The translations under genes were made by a program, and so were the position numbers. The notes beneath the pieces are model-generated. The model had not been told where the DNA came from. It ran no database searches and saw only the letters and a list, made by a program, of their open reading frames with translations. Below are positions 1 through 16,660 of a stretch of 64,000 nucleotides of DNA, piece by piece (positions within the stretch are counted from its first letter, which is position 1; every line of letters starts with the position of its first letter). The stretch is from the human T2T-CHM13v2.0 reference genome, Homo sapiens, in NCBI RefSeq assembly GCF_009914755.1, contig NC_060926.1, one strand, 5' to 3'.

Positions 1-399
1 TAGAGCCCGCTTCACTCTGTTCCCTCATGGGATCAGCATCTGTTACTGAGGTTCATTCATGGGTTAAGTGCTGAGTCACAAAACTGAGGGGGCCCAGACC
101 CTGCCTCCAGGAATCTCAGTTTAGTAAGATGTCCTCCTTCTTCTACAGTCTGACCTCTCTCATGGATCCTTGGACTGCTCAAGCCCCCTTTAAACATAAG
201 CATGCCTAATGTTCCCATCTGCTCAGCTCTCTGGTTTTCTCTCAGGGATGTCTGCTATTCTCTTTGGAGGTAAGCCCCAGTGCTGGACATCTAGCCCTAA
301 GCTCCCAGGCTTGGCAGCCTTACTTTGCATGGTCTAACCCAAGCCAGCCTTCCATTTCATCCGCCGTTTCTCTCCAGCAAGCATTTGGTGTTTCATCTA

Positions 400-820
400 A
401 ATCGGACCTCTTGCTGTTCTTCAAACATGCCCTTCCTATTCCAGTTTCCATGCCTTTAATCATACTGTTTCCATCTGCTAAAAAACTCTCCCTATCTGTG
501 CCTGTAGAAAAACCACTCATTCTTTAAGGCCCATTCCAAATGCCACCTCTTGCAAGAAGACTTCTCCAATTCCTTCCATGGCCTTCTGTTTCCCAAAACT
601 AGATGTATGCTCTTTTTCCTTCCTTACTGTCATGCCACACTGTGCTCTTGTAAGTCCTTTATTTATTTCATCTTAAACTGAGTGACTATTGTCCTTCACT
701 CTAGCCTGAGACTTCATTGGGCAATGACTGCTCTTGTTTACTTCTGTGTCCCTAACACTGAGTGGCTTACAAGTACACTCACAACCATATTCAACATGCC
801 CTTAGTGGACTGAATTGAAA
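400..820 (+). mobile_element. L2 3' fragment (approximate)
   Basis: ctcattctttaagg..aaatgccacctct.. and 3'-end-like segment. Confidence 0.55.
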
Positions 821-1595
821 TCCAGAGACTCAAGGAGAAATCACGATAGCAGCCCACCTTCCCTACCCCTCCAGCCCATCATCATTTCTTGAAAATCATC
901 TTTAGGAAATAGGATTTTCAGGATAAAAAAATTTTTTTTCCATGGAATGTCTTAGTTTGCAGACAACTAAGATGTCCCTCTCTGGTCAGGGACAGAACGA
1001 TTGCTGTAGCTCTTCTAGGAAGCTACTGGTGGTGAGCACTTAGGGGAAGTAAAACCAGGGGAGGAGGAGAGCCACAGAGATCTTTGTTCCCATCTTGATT
1101 TCCTAGTCATTTCCTGTGTGACTTCACCCTAGTTATTTATCTTCTCAAAATTTCAGTGGAATAAAGTTAGTCTTATCCATAGGACTGATGAGAAAATAAG
1201 CAGGATTTTATATATGTTTACAAATTTATAGTTCTATATCTTCCTTAAATACTATAGCTCTAGCCCCAGTAATAAGCTACCAGATATGGGAATCCAGTCC
1301 ACACTTCTTCCCCTTGAGGAAATTAAATTGACAAATGGAGTTTTAGTACTATAAACTATCATCAAAATTTGAGACTTCTAAATGCTCTGTTTAGCTACCA
1401 TGACCTTTCTTTACATAAAACATTAAGAAAATATTCAAAGTACCAGACTGGGCAAAGCAGAGTACTCTGGTAGTAGTGGGTGGGGGCGCACAGAAGCACC
1501 TCTCAACGTCCCCCTATGTGCTATGGTGGGGGGATGGAATTTTCTAACATAGACTCAGAAATCTGATGCTCAGGAGAATACCAGTTGAAAACCAG

Positions 1596-1672
1596 TTTTA
1601 AATCCCTGCAAATTCTACTTGGATCAATAATACTGCATTTATTTTAAATCCCTGCAAATTCTACTTGGATCA
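1596..1672. repeat. Perfect 31-bp direct repeat with 15-bp spacer
   Basis: ttttaaatccctgcaaattctacttggatca at 1596-1626 and 1642-1672. Confidence 0.95.
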
Positions 1673-3284
1673 CTTTAAAGGCTTTTGAGATTAGACTTGA
1701 CCAAGAACTCAACACTGGTCTTTCTGGAAGCATGGAAATCTGAGACTCCAAGAACAGCTAAACAGGCAAGTGAGGCCACTGAATTCTGGGAGGTACATAT
1801 GAGCATGCACAGAAGCATACGGAATTTAGGGTTTCCAAAACAAACAAGCACGTTAGTCTCCTACTCCCAGGCCTTTATACACCCCCACAGTTGTGAATAA
1901 ATGGGACACGTTACCACTATTTTGGCCTTTGTACACATTGAATGCAACAATGTAAAATGCATCTGATAAGAAATGGATGGGAACAATTAAACATGTAAAT
2001 AGTAAAAGAAGGGTGGCAAGATATAGATAATTTGTTTTGCACATTTAAAAAAATTAATAAACCATTCTTTGAACAACATATATGTGTGTGTGTGGTTTTT
2101 TTTAGAGGAATATCAAAAGTTAAACCAGTAAAAAGGCCCATTTTATATATCAACTCGCTCTGCCTCTAGCTAAACCCCTTACCAAACCAAACCAAGCCAA
2201 ACAATAACAACAACATAGCACGCTGATTTAAATCAGAAGCAAGGCATCTTTCATTGACTATAAACTAGATTAAATGTATTTTCAGAACATACAAGCTTTG
2301 GGGACACTTTTCCTTTTCAAGTAGCTATTTAAAACCTGCCAAAGACACCAAAAAAAAAAAAAATACACCTACGGAGCTTACACTTTTGGTTTAGTGCACC
2401 TTAGAAGGGTATTATAGCATTTCCTTAGCAAACTTCTTTTAGAAGGTTTAATCTATATGCAAGGAAGTTCCAATTATTATTTTTAATGGCGATAAAATAT
2501 TTGAAAAATTAAAGTTTAAAGTACATTAGAGTGTGCAGCAGATGGTGATTAGTGGGAAAAAAGACAGTTAACTGTGCTTGCTATTGTGAAATTGGAATTT
2601 TGAAAAGGGGTGAACATGAGAGTTAAGGAAGAAACATGAGCTTAGTTTGAGCAAACATAAATGTTCCTCATTCATATACTCATTCTCATTTGTCAATATA
2701 TTCAATCAAAAAATAAGAAAAAATCCCTGTCTTTTTTCAGTCATGATTCTTAAGCCATTTCACCTGAAGAAAACGTAGTTTTTGATAAGAGAAACATAAC
2801 CTTTTGGGTAAAAGGGATATATGTCAAAATCCTGAAGTGGTTTGTATAATCAAATAATACATAAAGAATAAAGGAAATGACTAAAAATATTCTGTAAGCC
2901 TTATTTCTGGTATTGATCACAATTTTCTTTCACATTTAGCAATATTTGTTTTATATGAATCTTTGTAAATTACTGTCCTTAGTACTTTCTTTGGAATGTG
3001 ATACAGTAATTCATAAACATTTTTAGGAAAAATACATGATGGTTTTCTTCACATCTTTTTTCCTTTGTATGTGCTCAATAAATGTGGGCTTACGACCTTC
3101 AAAAGGAAAGCAAAGACTAAAATGATCCTCTATTTATGCTAGGGCTACAAAAGTTGATCACTTCTAAAATCAAAGAAAACCATGGGTACATTAAACACAT
3201 TTTCCATTGGATTTCTTAAAAATTAGGGAAAAAGGAAGGAAAATGACATTAGAAATGATTTCAGAAAAAAAAATGCATAGTGAC

Positions 3285-3637
3285 TGATATGATTTGGCTG
3301 TGTCCCCACTCAAATCTCATCTTGAATTGTAGCTTCCATAATTCCCACTTGTTGTGGGAGGGACCAGATGGGAGGTAACTGAATCATGGGGACGGGTCTT
3401 CCCCATACTGTTCTCATGACAGTGAATAGGAGTTTCACGAGATCTGATGGTTTTATAAAGGGGAGTTCCCCTACACAAGCTCTCTCTTGCCTGCCACCAT
3501 GTAAGACGTCCCTTACTGTTCCACTATGATTGTGAGGCCTCCTGAGCCATGTGGAACCGTGAGTCAAACCTCTTTCCTTTATAAATTACTCAGTCTCATG
3601 TATGTCTTTATTAGCAGCATGAGAACAGACTAATACA
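3285..3637 (+). mobile_element. THE1B-like MaLR solo LTR
   Basis: TGATATG...CTAATACA termini and perfect 5-bp TSD GTGAC (3280-3284, 3638-3642). Confidence 0.93.
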
Positions 3638-3750
3638 GTGACCTTTGGATTTGATTCAACTATGATATAAATATTTATGTTATAACTTCCTTATCAACAA
3701 TCTATAAGGAATGTAAAAAAGTTTCCATTATTATAATTTTTGGAACTTAC

Positions 3751-3820
3751 TTTCAAAATCCAGGAAAAAGTGTGGATAGTTTTCAATTTCCCTGGTAAGG
3801 ACTTTGAGCAGGTTTCCCAT
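3751..3820 (-). CDS. CYRIA: CYRIA (FAM49A) first coding exon, CDS part (aa 1-23 plus 1 nt, phase 1); whole exon is 3751-3830 including 10 nt of 5'UTR
   Basis: Minus strand translates [23 protein letters not shown], which I recognise as the CYRI-A/FAM49A N-terminus (Gly2 myristoylation-type start). Acceptor gctaat..ttttgtgttgcctttcctag|GTTTGCTGGGATGG (AG at 3832-3831), donor GAAA|gtaagt (GT at 3750-3749), and strong Kozak context (-3 G, +4 G). Confidence 0.96.
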
Positions 3821-5189
3821 CCCAGCAAACCTAGGAAAGGCAACACAAAACCAAATACCATTAGCAACATAAAAAAAATAGACTTGCGTGAATATCCCTG
3901 GGCCCCCCATAGCTACCTTTGAAGACCAGAAAGAGAGCATCTCCAACCCAGGGGTTGAGCAATAATGTAGCAACTCATTTCTAAATTGGTGACAGATAAA
4001 TATCTCTGAGGTGCTGGGTCTCTAAAACTTGGGGACATGTGGCCTAAGCCATAAAAATTATGACAATGATAGAAGTGTTACAATCTCTCTCGAGAGAATA
4101 CACCTGCAGTCCATATCTCGTTCACCATATAAAAAAAAAAAAACATAAAGAACAGCCTATGAAAAGAATCAGGTATTTTCATTATAGGAGACAAAGTTTA
4201 GGAATGTTCTCCGAAGTGCTTCCCTTCCACTTTTCCTAATCCCCTGGATCCTTACAGCAAATGTTTCGGCTTTGCTTTGTTTCCTTTAGATAGATGTGGA
4301 ACATGTCACATCAGTGGAAAGACAACAAAGACGGCATTTTAAAAATACCTGTCCAAAAAAGTAAGTTCCTGAAAGCTCACGAGGAATAGAGTTTAGAAAA
4401 CATATATTTACACTGCCAGGAACTCCTCTTAACATGTATAAGAGGCCAGATTTCTCAGAGGAGTGGCTCCCAGGCAAGTTAGAGGATCTTGTGATCTGAC
4501 ATTCCAATGGTAATGAGATTGGATACTTCTGGAAGCTTAACAATGAAAAGGCATAATGCCCAAAAAGTTACTCTCAGTAAAACTGCAGCCTAAGACATCT
4601 GCAAAGGTGAGTCAAATCAACAGAAAATTACAAACCTCTTACATATCAGCAGTCTCAACCTAATAAAAAGAATAGCTAAAATGTAGGGCTTTTTTTAATA
4701 AACAGAAAAATTTCTACTGCTCTCAGCTCTAGACATTAAACTATCTTTTTAGGGAAGTCATCAATCCACTCATTCATTCAACACATATTTACGGAGGAGC
4801 GATTAGATGCTGGGCACTGTGTTCTTGGAAAGACATTCCTCTAACTCTGCTGTAAGTGAACTCTTGTGCCTCAGATATTTCAGTTTGTGAAGGATCAGTT
4901 TGAAAAATTACTGAACTGGTGCAAGGAAACTGCTGGGCTTCAATTTTCTATGGCTATAGTTTCCAACAATATTTATGTTGATACAAGGAATTTTAAAAAA
5001 CACACCATTCTAAGCAAGATGTGGCGAGAGAAGAATGCACTGAAAGGATGACTCTGCGCATGAGAATATGTAGCAAGTGGTGGGATCTGGTCTCCATAAT
5101 CCTCCGCTGGGAAAACACACATTTGCAGACATACTCCCCGATATAAATCACTAACATGAAATCAGAAGACAGACTTTTTAAGTAGTCTA

Positions 5190-5400
5190 TCTTTGTTAGA
5201 TGGCCGGTGTCTAATTCCAGCTGTTTTCTACTACCTCTGTTATCCAGGGCAAGAGATTTCATCTCCATAAGCCTCAGTTTCCTCATCTGTAAAATTAACT
5301 TTTGAAAAGGATCTATTTCATCAAGTTGTGAGAATTAATCAGATAAAAGTATAAAATGCTTAGCACAGCACTTACAGGAAGTGCTCAAGAAAAATTACGT
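5190..5400 (+). mobile_element. MIR (approximate)
   Basis: agcctcagtttcctcatctgtaaaat core; aatgcttagcacag. Confidence 0.7.
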
Positions 5401-5768
5401 GCTTTTACTATTGATGATGATAGTCACCATCATCATCATCATCATGATTATGCTAACAGCCTTCAAATGCTTGTTTAGGATTAGCCTATGAAAGATGGAT
5501 TATAATAGGCCGTATGCTGTGCTAGGAAAGAGAAGACTAACAGAGAAATGATGAGAAAAAATTTCTAAACATTATAGTTATCTGAATATTAAGTCACTTG
5601 CCTAGTGAAATAGTGAGTTTTCTCTCATTGGCGATATTTAAGTAGAAAAATGCTATAACAGCCCTCAACAGCGTTGGAAAAATGAATTATGTGTGGGGCA
5701 GAAGGCTGGGCTAGACGCATCCTAGACATCTCTCACCTTGAGGTGTAGGAATATATTTGGGCATGCAT

Positions 5769-5797
5769 GCACACACACACACACACACACACACACA
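5769..5797. repeat. (CA)n microsatellite
   Basis: Direct reading of the sequence. Confidence 0.95.
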
Positions 5798-7766
5798 GGA
5801 AAGCAAACACCATATTTCTCTCTTCTCAAAGATTATTCTTTGTCTTTTCTGTCATTCTTCCATTCCTTCCCTGCCTTTATGCCCATTTCCTTTTAAGATA
5901 TTTTTGAGCAAAATCCTGTGTGCGGTAGGTTCTGCCAAATTAAAGGTTGGGCTGGTAGAGTCCATCCCTGCCACTGGGCAGCATTCACTATTCACTAACC
6001 TCCTGGGTCTCTAGGAAATGATCTGTCTCCAGATTAAGGAACAATTTCAGATTAGGTCTGGAGTCACTTCTTGTAGGAAGATGATTTTACTGTTTGTAGG
6101 AGTACTGACTTTCATACAAAGTGCTTTGATGGAAGCTAAATATTCTTAGGTGTCTTAGTTTTGTGCTATGAATGTATCATAAGAGACTTGCATGGATTGG
6201 GCTTCCTCCTAAAATTCTGTCCTGTATGTGATTTTACTGTCAGAGTACCTAAGTAGAAGATATGCCAAGCCTTTGAAACTCATAACAGATAGAAACAAAC
6301 ACAAGTAAAAGTATGTCCAAATATTGGCTGTGGAATTCTGTCTCTTCAAAAGGTTATCTCAGTGGATTGGCTGATATCATCAGATATTTTTGAACATCAT
6401 TCTAACATCAACCAAGGTTAATTACTTGAAACTCTCAGGATTCCAGAAGTGTCACCTCTCAAGCAAGGACCTCTAGAACAATGACTGTGGACACTGTGTA
6501 GAAAGTCTAGTCCCATGGAACCTAGAAAACAAGTGTTTCATCTCATTATGGCCAAATGATTTGATGCTTACTGCCCCACTCCAAGGTTGATAAGAATTCA
6601 TGGGAGTGTCTTCTGGTTTAGGGGGATCTGCAAAGTGAATTGGTCCATCATCACACAGATGGTCACCTAGTAGACTCCACAGTTATTTTTAATTGGACCC
6701 AGAGTTTCACTTGGAAAGGCCTCTCATCCATATTCTGCATGACAGATTACTCTCCAATTTTTTCAAGCAGCTCATCAGTGAATACAAAATATACGTTGCT
6801 ATTACCATAGTACTCATGAAATAGCTTAATTAATTCATATAGAGCTTATTTTTTTATTATTTTATCTCATTCAATAAAATAACTTTGGTTATTATGCACT
6901 ATTAGAGAATGCAAATAAATAATGGAAGTAGGGAGAGTAGGAGAGTAAAAGTGAAGTAGTAAGATAAAGCTAGAGGCAAGAAATAGATGAATTATAAGCC
7001 ATCCCATCCAGAACATTTGTTGGAGATGGCTTATCGTCTGCTCCTGGATAGCCAAAGCAAAGAAGTGTCCCCTTCAATATTTGGTGTTCAGAAAATACAA
7101 ACAGGTTATACTAGAGAAGTACAGTTTTTTTAACTGAAAAAAGGAAAAAGAGACAAGACAATGAGAAATCTCCTCTGGTTTCTAAAAGAAGAGGCTGTTT
7201 CACAGAGGAAGTCATATTTGAGGATGAGCTGAGTCTCAGAGCTCCCATGGGCAGAGCTGTGGTTACACAGCCAAATGGGTGGCAGAGTAGCTTGGTTAGG
7301 GTGTACTCTGAAGGGCTGGGAACTCCGGTTTCTACATTCTATTTGGTGTTTCCATGGATACCCTCTTAATGTGACCTGCTGCTGGGTCTATCCCAAGGGA
7401 CGTCAGTTTACCATTTTTCCCTATGGTGTGAGAGCTTATATCAGAGGGAATACGGCAATCCAGCAGGCACTCTGAGCTCCCTAGGAGGACTTTAATCTGA
7501 GTATCTGAGTTTATTACTTAAATATAGTATGTTGTGTATACTGTAAAGTTTAGGCTTACTTTAGACACACACACATATACACACATGTACATGCACACAC
7601 TCACACACACACAATGACTCCCTTGGCATCTTCAGAAATCATTTCTAAGTTGAAGTCCTACTTATGTAGGACATAATGTAGCTACACTGGTGCACATAGA
7701 AGTTTTCAGATCTAAATTCATTCCTGTGGGGAGGGTCTGGTAGAGGTAGAACAAGGACAGAGAGTA

Positions 7767-7992
7767 CAGGTTGAGTATTCCAATTTCAAAAACCTGAAAT
7801 CTGAAACGCTCCAAAATCTAAAACTTTTTGAGCACTGACATGACACTCAAAGGAAATACTCACTGGACTCCAGATTTTTGTATCTGGAAGGTTCAACCAA
7901 GAGGTATGATATAAATATTCCAAAATTTAAAAATATCTGAAATTCAAAACACTTCTGACCCCAAGCATTTTGGATAAAGGATACTCAAACTG
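7767..7992. mobile_element. Tigger4a/MER46-like non-autonomous TcMar element
   Basis: TIRs CAGGTTGAGTAT / ATACTCAAACTG, preceded by TA. Confidence 0.8.
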
Positions 7993-9388
7993 GTATAAGG
8001 TCTTGGCTACCAGAGGAAGAGACGGGAGAGGATATACCAGTTGTGTAAGCACTCATGAAGGGATGGGGTCCTGAAAATCAACATCCTTTATTTGGATGTT
8101 TCCTGCTTTGGAGAGTGGCATTGGAAGGTGGTCCTCCTTTCATCCATGTCCTCTCTGGGAGGCCTTTTACTCTTAGAGGCGCAAGTCTTCCCTGCCTAGA
8201 TTTTCCAGGACTCTGCCCCTTCTCTGCTGAAGTGAAGGTGTCTGGGCATCTGGGTCACTGGTCCTTGGCATTGGCTGGGTCTATTTTCCCATGCATCGTA
8301 AGCTGGGACTAACTTGCAGGGATTAAGACACAGTCTTGAGAATCTGAAGCAGAGTAGGCCAAAGTAACAATATGATGTGTTGACTCAGCTCATTCTCAAA
8401 TATGACTTCTACTGTGAAACAGACTCTTCTCTTAGAAAACAGAGGTTTCTCTTTGTCTTGACTCTCTCTTAGCTATGACTTTTTCCTTGTTTTTCAATCA
8501 AAAAAAAAGAAAAAAACAAAAAGCTGTACTTCTCTAGTTTAACCTGTTTGTATTTTCTGAACACCAAATCTTACCCAGAAAGGTGTGTACTGTAAGTAAT
8601 ACATGAATAGGATCATAGAAAAGAGTGCTTGAAAGAGCCTCAAGAATATAAAGCACCATCTAACTGCCTGTTACTCCAGAGCAAATCATTGTAGCTGTGA
8701 GCCTTGGGTTCTTCATTTGCACAACAGTACGATAATAGTATCTCCTGCATGGAACTCTTGTCAGGACTAAATGAACTGAGTGTGAAAGCACCATGTATAC
8801 TGTAAAGGGCTGGGCAAATATTACCTATAATTGTTCAATATTACAACTCCTCTTATAGTGTAAGATATTCAGGGAATCCAATAAATGGATTAATGTCCCC
8901 AGCATCATATGATTCCATATGATTTCCATTTTTCTTTATTTTTCAAGATTGGTGTCCTAAGATTCATGGTCCTTTATGTATATCTTTTCCACATTAAACT
9001 ATAACCAGGTAAATGCTTATAGGCATTAATAGCTGAAAGAGACTTTTCTACATGCAAGTCATGGTATTTTAAATACATTTTCTTGTTTCATATTCAAAAT
9101 ATACATGGGGCAGATATATATTATTAGAGATTGGAAAACTAAGAATTATTAAAATTCAGTGTAGAAGCTGATTAAAAAATATAAATTATTATGGAAGACA
9201 ACTAAATTTTCAAAAGAACAATTTTTATGTAAGTTTGTGATAGAGGCCTCAGGTAATTCTACAAAAATTAAAACCCATTTTCAATGCAAAATTCCCGAAC
9301 ATAAACAAATGCTTTTAAAAATATGGATGGTGTGGTTACTCTTTTAGTAATACTTGGATTATCATCAAAGATTTAACTTTATTTTTTT

Positions 9389-9438
9389 GTGTGTGTGTGT
9401 TTTTTTTTGTGTGTGTGTGTTTTTTTTTTTTTTTTTTT
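9389..9438 (-). repeat. Patterned L1 tail A18(AC)6A8(AC)6
   Basis: Plus strand reads (gt)6 9389-9400, t8 9401-9408, (gt)6 9409-9420, t18 9421-9438. Confidence 0.95.
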
Positions 9439-9644
9439 ATTATACTCTAAGTTTTAGGGTACATGTGCACATTGTGCAGGTTAGTTACATATGTATACAT
9501 GTGCCATGCTGGTGCGCTGCACCCACTAATGTGTCATCTAGCATTAGGTATATCTCCCAATGCTATCCCTCCCCCCGACCCCCGACCCCACCACAGTCCC
9601 CAGAGTGTGATATTCCCCTTCCTGTGTCCATGTGATCTCATTGT

Positions 9645-13496
<3,852 letters not shown>

Positions 13497-13535
13497 TCAT
13501 TAGTTGATGCAGTTTCTTCCTAGTCTCGATGGTCT

Positions 13536-14552
13536 TTACATTTTGGCATGATTTTGCAGCGGCTGGTACCGGTTGTTCCTTTCCATGTTTAGCGCTTCCT
13601 TCAGGAGCTCTTTTAGGGCAGGCCTGGTGGTGACAAAATCTCTCAGCATTTGCTTGTCTATAAAGTATTTTATTTCTCCTTCACTTATGAAGCTTAGTTT
13701 GGCTGGATATGAAATTCTGGGTTGAAAATTCTTTTCTTTAAGAATGTTGAATATTGGCCCCCACTCTCTTCTGGCTTGTAGGGTTTCTGCCGAGAGATCC
13801 GCTGTTAGTCTGATGGGCTTTCCTTTGAGGGTAACCCGACCTTTCTCTCTGGCTGCCCTTAACATTTTTTCCTTCATTTCAACTTTGGTGAATCTGACAA
13901 TTATGTGTCTTGGAGTTGCTCTTCTCGAGGAGTATCTTTGTGGCGTTCTCTGTATTTCCTGAATCTGGACGTTGGCCTGCCTTGCTAGATTGGGGAAGTT
14001 CTCCTGGATAATATCCTGCAGAGTGTTTTCCAACTTGGTTCCATTCTCCACATCACTTTCAGGTACACCAATCAGACGTAGATTTGGTCTTTTCATATAG
14101 TCCCATATTTCTTGGAGGCTTTGCTCATTTCTTTTTATTCTTTTTTCTCTAAACTTCCCTTCTCGCTTCATTTCATTCATTTCATCTTCCATTGCTGATA
14201 CCCTTTCTTCCAGTTGATCGCATCGGCTCCTGAGGCTTCTGCATTCTTCACGTAGTTCTCGAGCCTTGGTTTTCAGCTCCATCAGCTCCTTTAAGCACTT
14301 CTCTGTATTGGTTATTCTAGTTATACATTCTTCTAAATTTTTTTCAAAGTTTTCAACTTCTTTGCCTTTGGTTTGAATGTCCTCCCGTAGCTCAGAGTAA
14401 TTTGATTGTCTGAAGACTTCTTCTCTCAGCTCGTCAAAATCATTCTCCATCCAGCTTTGTTCTGTTGCTGGTGAGGAACTGCGTTCCTTTGGAGGAGGAG
14501 AGGTGCTCTGCGTTTTAGAGTTTCCAGTTTTTCTGTTCTGTTTTTTCCCCAT
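13536..14552 (-). CDS. L1 ORF1p, RNA-binding chaperone, 338 aa, uninterrupted
   Basis: MGKKQNRKTGNSK start, coiled coil, RRM, and REKG, ARR and YPAKLS motifs all present. Confidence 0.98.
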   Translation of the reverse strand: MGKKQNRKTGNSKTQSTSPPPKERSSSPATEQSWMENDFDELREEVFRQSNYSELREDIQTKGKEVENFEKNLEECITRITNTEKCLKELMELKTKARELREECRSLRSRCDQLEERVSAMEDEMNEMKREGKFREKRIKRNEQSLQEIWDYMKRPNLRLIGVPESDVENGTKLENTLQDIIQENFPNLARQANVQIQEIQRTPQRYSSRRATPRHIIVRFTKVEMKEKMLRAAREKGRVTLKGKPIRLTADLSAETLQARREWGPIFNILKEKNFQPRISYPAKLSFISEGEIKYFIDKQMLRDFVTTRPALKELLKEALNMERNNRYQPLQNHAKM

Positions 14553-15755
<1,203 letters not shown>

Positions 15756-16409
15756 AGATTTTACTTTTTAACCAAACAGTTGTGTCTATGTGTACCCCAT
15801 GTCATATAGCACAAAGTCTAAGGAAAACAAATGTCTAATAAAGAAAACCCAACCAAAGTGGTTCATAAATACTTCTACTGAAAAGAAATGAAATGCCAAA
15901 GCATAAAAAGTTAACACGTAGATTTTCTAGCAATCTGAAGTCGGGGACTTGGGGTGGCTGCCCACTCCAGTCCTAGGAGATCTGCTTTATCTTCCTCAAC
16001 ACTGACTCTCTTGGTGACAGCAAAATAAAAGGAAAAAGCAATGCCTATCCCACGAAAAGGCAATCTGATAACAGTTTGGGTGGCAAGTTTCTTCTTCCTC
16101 CTTTGGTTTTCTAATGAAAATGCTACCTTTAACAATTACTCTGAGAGAATTACTCAATCCCCAGGGCACTTACAGGTGGGGTATGCACTGAGAGAAGACA
16201 TGGCTTCCGCATTCAGGTGATGCACATTCTATTTAGGGAAACAGCACTAGTTAAATTAAACAATTTAATCTATCTAGAAGCACGTATCACATTCCTGATA
16301 AATCATAAGTACTCAAATATATTAATTGAATGTGAAAATAATAGTATGTCCCCGCTACATATTAAGTAACAGAGTAATTATAGTTATTACTACTATAATT
16401 TATGAGAGA

Positions 16410-16660
16410 AACTGGAACATCAGCATTTTATTGAGTGCCCACTGTGTGTGTGGCACTATACTTGAAGCTTTCACACACTTTATCTCATTCAAACCTTACA
16501 GCAAACATCAGGTAGCTATAATTATCATCACATTGATTGGGGGGATAAAAAGGAGGTTCGAATGGCTAAACAATTTTTCAAATACTACAAGAAAATAAAA
16601 GATAGAGTCACATTTGACATTGAAACTCTGTGAATCTGAAGACTATGCTCTTTTCTGCAC
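16410..16660 (-). mobile_element. MIR (approximate)
   Basis: cattttattgagtgcccactgtgtg..ggcact..tatctcatt. Confidence 0.6.

Noticed and set aside
1596-1672. Repeat-spacer-repeat resembling a minimal CRISPR array
   Set aside because: Human intron, only two repeats, a 15-bp spacer and no cas genes.
3731-3973. 80-aa ORF containing the CYRIA N-terminus
   Set aside because: Only 3751-3820 is coding; the rest is intron read-through beyond canonical splice sites.
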